DNA of 58,874 nucleotides from Chitinispirillia bacterium (GTDB lineage Bacteria; Fibrobacterota; Chitinivibrionia; Chitinivibrionales; Chitinispirillaceae): the NCBI GenBank assembly GCA_009786415.1, contig WQTH01000007.1, forward strand, positions 1-58,874, read 5' to 3'. Under the pieces are notes generated by a model. It saw nothing but the letters and a program-made list of their open reading frames with translations, ran no database searches and was not told the origin of the DNA. Shown piece by piece: positions 37,895-44,712 of this stretch (position 1 is its first letter; every line of letters starts with the position of its first letter). Both the position numbers and the translations under genes were made by a program.

Positions 37895-39112
37895 ATGAGG
37901 TCACTATATATAGAGTGCAATATGGGGGCTGCCGGGGATATGCTTATGGCGGCGCTTTTGGAATTGGTTGACGACAGAAAAAAGTTTTTGGACAGATTGA
38001 ACGCGGCCGGTATTCCAAATGTCGCCGTATCGGCGGAGCCGTCAAAAAAATGCGGGATAACGGGGACGCATATAACCGTTAAGGTTGGCGGGAGGGAAGA
38101 GGGCGCCGGCGGCTGTCATCACCACGAACATCATGATAATCATCACCACAGCGGCTATAGCGATATAGAGCATATAATCGATCACTTAAATATATCCGGT
38201 GATGTAAAGAAAAACGCGAAAGCCGTCTACGCGCTGATAGCCGAAGCCGAGAGCCATGTCCACGGCGTTCCCGTAAATCAAATCCATTTTCACGAGGTTG
38301 GCGAGATGGACGCCGTCGCTGATATCGTAGGCGCCTGTATGTTGATTGAAGAGCTCGCGCCGGACCTCATCCTCGCGTCCCCCATAAACACCGGCTCCGG
38401 CCATATACATTGCGCTCACGGCGAGTTACCGGTTCCCGCCCCGGCCACAGCGCGTATTTTGAGGGATATCCCCATATATAATGACGGGATCATAAAAACC
38501 GAACTCTGCACCCCGACCGGCGCCGCGCTCCTGAAGCATTTCGTCGGCAAATTCACTAATATGCCGCTTATCACCGTCAGCAAAATCGGCTGCGGCATGG
38601 GCAAAAAGGATTTCCCGCAGGCAAACTGCGTACGCGCGTATCTTGGGGATATCGCCGGAGACAGCGCCGCGGATGAGGTAACGGAGTTATCCTGCAATCT
38701 GGACGACATGACCCCCGAAGCGGTATCCTTCGCTCAGGAGACGCTATTGCGCGAAGGAGCGCTTGACGTCTGGGTAACATCCACAGGCATGAAAAAGGGG
38801 CGCATGGGCGTAATGCTGACCTGCCTCTGCGATAACGCGGTTAAGGACAGGATGGCATCATCAATCTTCAAGCATACAACAACACTTGGCATCCGCGAAA
38901 CCATCTGCCGCCGGTACACATTGCAGCGTGAATCAAAACAAATTCAAACAAGTTACGGTCCGGTAAGAATAAAATCAGCCCAGGGCTGCGGCGTAAGGAA
39001 ATCAAAGCCGGAATATGACGATGTGGCCAAAATCGCGCGGGAAAACAATGTTCCGCTGCAGGCTGTATTGCAGCAGTGCCCGGCGGTTTATATGCCGCAG
39101 CCTGATGATTAA
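37895..39112 (+). CDS. larC: nickel insertion protein LarC
   Basis: MRSLYIECNMGAAGDMLMAALLEL N-terminus, His-rich CHHHEHHDNHHH segment, and HFHEVGEMDAVADIVG. Confidence 0.85.
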   Translation: MRSLYIECNMGAAGDMLMAALLELVDDRKKFLDRLNAAGIPNVAVSAEPSKKCGITGTHITVKVGGREEGAGGCHHHEHHDNHHHSGYSDIEHIIDHLNISGDVKKNAKAVYALIAEAESHVHGVPVNQIHFHEVGEMDAVADIVGACMLIEELAPDLILASPINTGSGHIHCAHGELPVPAPATARILRDIPIYNDGIIKTELCTPTGAALLKHFVGKFTNMPLITVSKIGCGMGKKDFPQANCVRAYLGDIAGDSAADEVTELSCNLDDMTPEAVSFAQETLLREGALDVWVTSTGMKKGRMGVMLTCLCDNAVKDRMASSIFKHTTTLGIRETICRRYTLQRESKQIQTSYGPVRIKSAQGCGVRKSKPEYDDVAKIARENNVPLQAVLQQCPAVYMPQPDD

Positions 39113-40281
39113 GGCGCAGTCCACCGCCCCAAAGGCTTAATTTTGGGATGGACCCCCGTCTCCCACGGTATCGTCTTACCCCGAATAAAAGCGTCTACCG
39201 TCAACCCCAGGGTAAGCGGTACTTTCATATCCGGCGGAATATCCAATTCCTCGACGCTGCGCACCGGGATAGGGTCAAAAGAGGCCCTGAGGTAGTCCAA
39301 AAGCGCCAGGTTGTTCCCCCCGCCCCCCGACACCCAAAGCGCCTCCGGCTGCTGCGCCCCCTTGTACTCCCGCCTGTAGAATTCGTACGCGCTTATCGCG
39401 GTCAGCGCGGTTATTGTGGCCATACGGTCTATGCTGCTGAGGACTTTCAGGCATGGGTGGTTCAGCAGGTGCGTGAATATTTCCGGCGACGCCTGTTTGG
39501 GCGCGGCTTTTGAGAGCCAGTTGTCGCCTGCCAGTGTTTCGAGGCATTCGGCGTTGGGGTATCCCCTGGCGGTGAGCTGCCCGTCGCGGTCTATGCCGCC
39601 GGGGCACTCCGCTTCTAAGGCGCATTTGTCTATAAGCACGGTTCCCGGCCCGGTGTCGGCCTCCATAAGGAGTTTACCGGCTTTTTTGTCGATTATGGTC
39701 ATTCGGGCCACCGTTCCGATGTTGAGGAAGAGGCCGACGCCTTCGGTTTTTTTCGCGACAATCATGCTGCCGGGGAAAGTGGGGAGCACGCCGGGCCCGC
39801 CCGCCAGCATATTGTGGCGCAGGAACTCCGTCATTACCGGTATTCCCAGCGAGTTGGCGAGGTATAGCTCGTCGCCGACCAGCAGGTTCCAGTTGGACTG
39901 CTGGAGGTTCTCGCCTGTAGGGCCTTTCCACAGGGTTGGCTTGTTGAGCGCGGCGTAGTGCGGTTTGCCTACGGATTTGTGCGCGTTGACCAGCGCGGCC
40001 TTTGCGGCGTCAAGGATCAGCATGGTTACCTTGTAGTCGAGCCAACCGATGTCGGAGAGCGCTACCGGCTCTTCGGTTTCGTTGAGGCGTATTATCAGGT
40101 CACCCACCTTTTGCGGCCAGGGCAGGTACGCGGTCGAGAAGACTTCCCAGTCGTCGCCGGTGTACCCCATATAGAGCACCTGTATCCCGCTGCGTATCCC
40201 TCCGGCGGATATGACCAGCGCCCGGCGTGTTTTCAGGCCCCTGAGTTTTGATATTATCGCGTTATTTGCGCTTGACGCCAT
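39109..40281 (-). CDS. anmK: anhydro-N-acetylmuramic acid kinase-like protein
   Basis: ORF 39109..40479, trimmed to the ATG at 40281 after AAGGAGGG. C-terminal VSGGGGNNLALLDYL. The N-terminal phosphate-1 motif is divergent (VISAGGIRSGIQV). Its stop overlaps the larC stop. Confidence 0.65.
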   Translation of the reverse strand: MASSANNAIISKLRGLKTRRALVISAGGIRSGIQVLYMGYTGDDWEVFSTAYLPWPQKVGDLIIRLNETEEPVALSDIGWLDYKVTMLILDAAKAALVNAHKSVGKPHYAALNKPTLWKGPTGENLQQSNWNLLVGDELYLANSLGIPVMTEFLRHNMLAGGPGVLPTFPGSMIVAKKTEGVGLFLNIGTVARMTIIDKKAGKLLMEADTGPGTVLIDKCALEAECPGGIDRDGQLTARGYPNAECLETLAGDNWLSKAAPKQASPEIFTHLLNHPCLKVLSSIDRMATITALTAISAYEFYRREYKGAQQPEALWVSGGGGNNLALLDYLRASFDPIPVRSVEELDIPPDMKVPLTLGLTVDAFIRGKTIPWETGVHPKIKPLGRWTAP

Positions 40282-40431
40282 GGCTAACCCTCCTTGTTTT
40301 GATCTCTTAATAAAATATATTGTTTCCCGCAGCAGGGGAAATTTTTTGCTTATTTTTGTAAAATCCGCAAAATCCGCAAAAAAACGCCCCCGCCGCGCCG
40401 GCGGCCCAATCGCGGGAATTCGCCTTTTTTC

Positions 40432-40460
40432 TTGCATTTCAGCCTGCCGCATATTATATT
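40432..40460 (+). promoter_or_regulatory. sigma70-like promoter candidate for the 40498 PPIase gene
   Basis: TTGCAT (40432..40437), a 17-nt spacer, then TATATT (40455..40460). This is ~38 nt upstream of the TTG start, which is preceded by AGGAGA. Confidence 0.3.
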
Positions 40461-40497
40461 TATATTTAATACGTCTCAAATGACAGGAGATTGAAAC

Positions 40498-41427
40498 TTG
40501 AATAAACGTATCGCAACTCTGTTACCGGTGATGCTTGGCGCATTATTGTTGGCGGCCGTGTCCGGCTGTACCCCTGATAAGGAAGACTCCTCTCCCAAAA
40601 AGCCGGAGGGGAAGGTAATCGCGCGGGTGGGGCAAGCCTATTTAACGCTTGAGGAGCTTAAGGCGAGCATCCCCAGCGAGTATGCGGATATTATCACCCG
40701 TGAGCAGAACATCCTGTATGTGCGGCAGTGGATAAACACCGAGCTGCTGTACCAGGAGGCGCTGCGGCAGGGCGTAGACAAGGAGCATGACATCCGGGCG
40801 CGCCTTGAAAAGATGCGCCGGGACCTCCTCAGCGCCGAGATCATCAGCCGCAGCGTGCGCGGCGGGGCCGATGTTGGCGAGGTCGCAATTAAGGAGTACT
40901 ACGAGACCAACCGCGAGCAGTTCGTCCGCGAGGCGTTTACCGTGCGTTACGAAGAGATAGTTGTGGACGAGCTGACTTTGGCGTGGGAACTGCGCCGCAA
41001 CGCCACCCACGAGACGTTCCACTCCCTCGCGAATACCCACTCAAAGTTCAGGAGCGCGTCCGCTGCCGAGGGCAACGTAAACCCGCCGTACGTACCGCTC
41101 GACGCCATACCCCCGGTAATCCGGACGGCGATCATGGCCGCGTCGGTGCCGTCTATCACCGGGCCCTACAGGGCCGAAGACGGTTTCCACATACTGCGCC
41201 TCGTAGGCCGCTTCGACAAGGGGACCATCGCGTCGCTCGACGAGGTGCGCGAAGAGATAGTGTCGCGGCTGTCGAACATCACGCAGAAGGGCGAGACCGA
41301 CCGGCTGATATCGGATGTGCGGTCGCGCTCTGACGTAGAGTTCAACGAAGACCTGGTGCCCGGCATAGGCGGTTCCGCCGGCGGGGGCATCGTAGATGTG
41401 CATGCCCCTGAGGTGGCGCACGATTAA
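40498..41427 (+). CDS. parvulin-type peptidyl-prolyl isomerase lipoprotein (PrsA/PpiC-like)
   Basis: TTG start after AGGAGA. Lipobox LLAAVSGC. SurA_N-like helical region. Parvulin-like ...ITGPYRAEDGFHILRL. Confidence 0.65.
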   Translation: MNKRIATLLPVMLGALLLAAVSGCTPDKEDSSPKKPEGKVIARVGQAYLTLEELKASIPSEYADIITREQNILYVRQWINTELLYQEALRQGVDKEHDIRARLEKMRRDLLSAEIISRSVRGGADVGEVAIKEYYETNREQFVREAFTVRYEEIVVDELTLAWELRRNATHETFHSLANTHSKFRSASAAEGNVNPPYVPLDAIPPVIRTAIMAASVPSITGPYRAEDGFHILRLVGRFDKGTIASLDEVREEIVSRLSNITQKGETDRLISDVRSRSDVEFNEDLVPGIGGSAGGGIVDVHAPEVAHD

Positions 41428-41468
41428 TGGTTGCCTGAACCGGGGTTAAGGGGATTAACAGGATATTC

Positions 41469-43016
41469 ATGACAATGAGATTATTTGCGGTAATAGCCTT
41501 GGTTATCAATATGTTAGCGCTGCCCGTTTTCGCGCGCGGCGGCGCGGCGGCATCAGAGGGGCACCATAATGCCGATTCGGCAAAGGTGTTTGCGCAAACC
41601 GCAAAGGCCGATTCCGCTCAGGCTGACCATACGGTACCGGCGCAATCCGCTCAGGCCGATTCGGCGGTCGCGCAGGCCGGTCACGGTAGTGTTGACGGCG
41701 AACCCGAAGAGCGGGAGGACACCGAAATCGCCGAGCCGGCGGCTCCTGCAGCCCCTTCCGGGCCCGCGCGCATAGCCGCTTTAGGCCATCCGGGCCGCCT
41801 CGACGGCATAGCGGCGGTGGTCGGCGGCGAGATCATCCTCCAATCCGAGCTCGAAGCCTACGCATATATGCGCCTCGCCGCGATGGGCGGCAACCCCGAC
41901 AATATCGACACGAAAGCCCTTTTGAACGACTGTTTAGACGAGCTTATAGACAACAAGGTGCTGCTCGTACGCGCGATGGAAGACAGTACGATAGTTGTGC
42001 GCAGCGATGAGGTCGAGAGTATGCTGAACAATCAGATCAACAGCATAATGCGCCAGAATAATCTGAATTTGGAGCAGTTTGAGATGGCGCTGCGTACCCG
42101 GCAGGGGACCACGCTTGCCCGTTTCAAAACGGAGATGCGCCGCGCCATACGCGAGCAGCTGCACAAGCAGAAGCTGCAGCAGAGGTACTACTTCGGCGTG
42201 AGCGTCAACCGCCGCGACGTAGAGCTTTTTTTTGCGCAGTACCGCGACAGCCTGCCGGAGATCGGCGAGAGCTTTGAACTGCACAAGCTGAGTTTGAGGC
42301 TGGCGGCCTCCGATTCGGTGCGGCAGGCGGCGTTCGACAAAATCCGCTCGGTCAAGCAGCAGTTAGACGCCGGCGGGGATTTCGCGGAGCTCGCCAAAAA
42401 GTATTCCGACAGCCCCGATGGGCCGTCGGGCGGGGATTTGGGGTATTTGGAGAAGGGGTCTACGTCGGAACTGGTTTTTGAGGAACACGCCTTCTCGCTG
42501 CCGGTGGGCAGGGTGAGCGAGCCGTTCGAGACGCGGCTTGGGTTCCACATACTGTTGGTTGAGGAGAAGCGCGACCGGCGCGTTAAGCTGAGGCAGATAA
42601 TGGTGCGCCACGCCCCCACCGGGCAGGAGCGGGAGGCGGTGGCCGCACGGTTGGATTCGCTTCGGCAGTCTGTAACCGTGCGGGAGGAGTTCGAAGCGTG
42701 GGCGCGGACCATTAGCGCAGACAACGCCACAAGGACGAGGGGCGGCGCGCTTGGCTGGCTCTCGCTGCTCGAAATGCCGCCCGCCGTACGCAACGCGGTC
42801 ATGAACCTTGAGGCGGGGCAGATAAGCCAGCCCGTTAATGAGGATAATATGCTCACTATCTATATGGTAGCCGACAGGGTAGACAGCAGGAGGCTGACAT
42901 TGGAGTCCGACTACCCGGCCATAGCGGAAAAGGCGCGGGACATCGCGGCCCAGAAGCAGCTTTTGGAAAACGTCAGGAAGTGGAGAGAGAAGGTCTTTAT
43001 AGATGTGCGGATATAG
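41469..43016 (+). CDS. SurA-like periplasmic chaperone / parvulin PPIase
   Basis: Signal peptide, low-complexity ADSAQ repeats, and a SurA_N-like region (IAAVVGGEIILQSELE). Parvulin domain FAELAKKYSDSPDGPSGGDLGYLEKG...RLGFHILLVEE. Confidence 0.7.
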   Translation: MTMRLFAVIALVINMLALPVFARGGAAASEGHHNADSAKVFAQTAKADSAQADHTVPAQSAQADSAVAQAGHGSVDGEPEEREDTEIAEPAAPAAPSGPARIAALGHPGRLDGIAAVVGGEIILQSELEAYAYMRLAAMGGNPDNIDTKALLNDCLDELIDNKVLLVRAMEDSTIVVRSDEVESMLNNQINSIMRQNNLNLEQFEMALRTRQGTTLARFKTEMRRAIREQLHKQKLQQRYYFGVSVNRRDVELFFAQYRDSLPEIGESFELHKLSLRLAASDSVRQAAFDKIRSVKQQLDAGGDFAELAKKYSDSPDGPSGGDLGYLEKGSTSELVFEEHAFSLPVGRVSEPFETRLGFHILLVEEKRDRRVKLRQIMVRHAPTGQEREAVAARLDSLRQSVTVREEFEAWARTISADNATRTRGGALGWLSLLEMPPAVRNAVMNLEAGQISQPVNEDNMLTIYMVADRVDSRRLTLESDYPAIAEKARDIAAQKQLLENVRKWREKVFIDVRI

Positions 43017-43026
43017 CGGATAGCCC

Positions 43027-43809
43027 ATGCAATACGACGCGCTGGCCCCCATGTACGACCGCCTGATGTTCCACGTTGAGTACGACGAGTGGATCGCCCT
43101 CATCCGCCGCATAGCGTCCAAATTCGGCGTTTCGCCCAAGCCCGATATCCTGGAGCTTGGCGCGGGGACGGGCATAATCGGGTCGATTTTGCAGGGGATG
43201 GGGTATGGTTACGCCGCCTCCGACATCTCTTTGCCGATGTGCAGGGAGGCGCGCGTAAAGCGCGGTTTGCCGGTATGCGCCGCCGACGCCCGCTACCTTC
43301 CGTTCAAAAAGCAGTTCGGCATGGCGCTGTTTCTGTACGACGGCATAAACTACCTTATGACGCTCGACGAATACCGCCGGCTGTTCAACGCCGTGCACGA
43401 TGTCCTACTGCCCGGCGGGCTGTTCCTGTTCGATATCACCACGCGGGCGAACTCCCTGCAGCACTTCGCCCACTACATGGATTTTGAGGATTACGGGGAT
43501 TTCAGTTTCGTACGGAACAGCTGGTTTGACTACGGGCGGTCTATACAGCATAATGATTTTACAATATTTCGCCAGGTAACGGACGCACCCCTCAAAGATG
43601 CGCCCGGCGCCGCAGCCGCAGCGGCGGAGGCCCGTTATTACGAAAAATTCGTCGAGGAGCACAGCCAGAAAGTATTTTCAGTATCGGAGATAGAGCGGGT
43701 GATCCCCAAAAAGCGCTTTAAAGTGCTTGGGATATGGGACGGGTACACGTTCAGAAAGTACACATCCAAATCAATCCGCATCCATTTCCTGCTTGAGAAG
43801 ATATATTGA
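43027..43809 (+). CDS. class I SAM-dependent methyltransferase
   Basis: Motif I ILELGAGTGIIG, plus FLYDGINYL and LLPGGLFLFD. Confidence 0.75.
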   Translation: MQYDALAPMYDRLMFHVEYDEWIALIRRIASKFGVSPKPDILELGAGTGIIGSILQGMGYGYAASDISLPMCREARVKRGLPVCAADARYLPFKKQFGMALFLYDGINYLMTLDEYRRLFNAVHDVLLPGGLFLFDITTRANSLQHFAHYMDFEDYGDFSFVRNSWFDYGRSIQHNDFTIFRQVTDAPLKDAPGAAAAAAEARYYEKFVEEHSQKVFSVSEIERVIPKKRFKVLGIWDGYTFRKYTSKSIRIHFLLEKIY

Positions 43810-43813
43810 AAAA

Positions 43814-43877
43814 ACGATTAAATATTATACCAGGCCATCCTGCAACTGCACGACAGCCGTGATGTTGCAGGACAGCA
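43814..43877. repeat. palindromic element, truncated tandem copy B1 (left arm plus core only)
   Basis: A 64-nt unit whose first 52 nt (ACGATTAAATATTATACCAGGCCATCCTGCAACTGCACGACAGCCGTGATGT) are identical to the start of copy B2. It then diverges (TGCAGGACAGCA) and lacks the right arm. Confidence 0.75.
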
Positions 43878-43960
43878 ACGATTAAATATTATACCAGGCC
43901 ATCCTGCAACTGCACGACAGCCGTGATGTCGCAGGATGGCCTGGTATAATATTTAATCGT
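43878..43960. repeat. palindromic element, complete copy B2 (perfect 30-bp stem, 23-nt loop)
   Basis: The left stem 43878..43907 (ACGATTAAATATTATACCAGGCCATCCTGC) pairs perfectly with the right stem 43931..43960. The loop is AACTGCACGACAGCCGTGATGTC. The right arm contains TGGTATAAT (43942..43950), which ends 38 nt upstream of the ftsE ATG. Confidence 0.8.
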
Positions 43961-43988
43961 GGGACCTATAAATGGGGGGCGAAGCCGT

Positions 43989-44711
43989 ATGATCCATTTT
44001 CTGCACGTAAGCAAGGTGTACGAGGGCGGTTTCCGCGCGCTCGACGCCCTCTCGTTCTTTGTGGACAAGGCGGAGTTCGTCTTCCTGACCGGAGCGAGCG
44101 GCGCGGGCAAGACGACCCTGCTCAAGCATATATATATGGAAGAAAGCCCCACCACCGGGCAGGTACAGGTCTGCGGCTACGACTCGCGCAGCATAAAGAA
44201 CAGCGAAAAACCGTACCTGCGGCGCAAACTCGGCATCGTCTTTCAGGATTTCAGGCTGCTGAACGACAGAAACGTATTCGAAAACGTGGCGTTCACCCTG
44301 CGCGTAACCGGTATGCGCGAGCGCGAGGTCAAGCGCAAGGTGTTCAAGGTGCTCGCGCTCACGGGCCTCAGCCACAAGTGCTCGAACTACCCCAACCAGC
44401 TCTCCGGCGGCGAACAGCAGCGGGTGGCCATAGCGCGGGCGATAGTAAACGAGCCGTGGGCGCTTCTGGCCGACGAGCCGACGGGCAACCTGGACAACGT
44501 GGTCTCCAAAGAGATATTCGAGCTGCTGCAAACCATAAACTCGTGGGGCACGACCGTGATAATGGCCACCCACGACCTGGCCCTGATAGCGCCGTACCCG
44601 TACCGTATAATAGAGCTGAGCCGGGGGACGCTTATCAAGGGGGCGGATGCTACCGTGAAGCCGCGGTTTATGGATATTAAGGCATTTGTACAACAATCCG
44701 ATAGTATATAA
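43989..44711 (+). CDS. ftsE: cell-division ABC transporter ATP-binding protein FtsE
   Basis: ORF 43959 (GTG), trimmed to the ATG at 43989. MIHFLHVSKVYEGGFRALD..., FLTGASGAGKTTLLK, LRRKLGIVFQDFRLL, LSGGEQQRVAIARA and LLADEPTGNLD are near-collinear with E. coli FtsE. Confidence 0.88.
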   Translation: MIHFLHVSKVYEGGFRALDALSFFVDKAEFVFLTGASGAGKTTLLKHIYMEESPTTGQVQVCGYDSRSIKNSEKPYLRRKLGIVFQDFRLLNDRNVFENVAFTLRVTGMREREVKRKVFKVLALTGLSHKCSNYPNQLSGGEQQRVAIARAIVNEPWALLADEPTGNLDNVVSKEIFELLQTINSWGTTVIMATHDLALIAPYPYRIIELSRGTLIKGADATVKPRFMDIKAFVQQSDSI

Positions 44712-44712
44712 T

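Noticed and set aside
40282-40479. Long N-terminal extensions in the ORF track (anmK to 40479; also skp from 31309, ychJ to 47791, clpC from 26498, the 2791 gene to 4152, and the 1566 gene to 2816)
   Set aside because: The extensions lack family similarity and run into upstream genes or intergenic repeats. Internal ATGs with an SD and/or a proper signal peptide give family-typical N-termini.
43814-43960. Possible CRISPR array or leader
   Set aside because: There are only 1.5 tandem copies, with no unique spacers and no cas genes. The unit is itself a long palindrome and has a dispersed copy at 12.1 kb. That fits a REP/MITE-like element, not a CRISPR.
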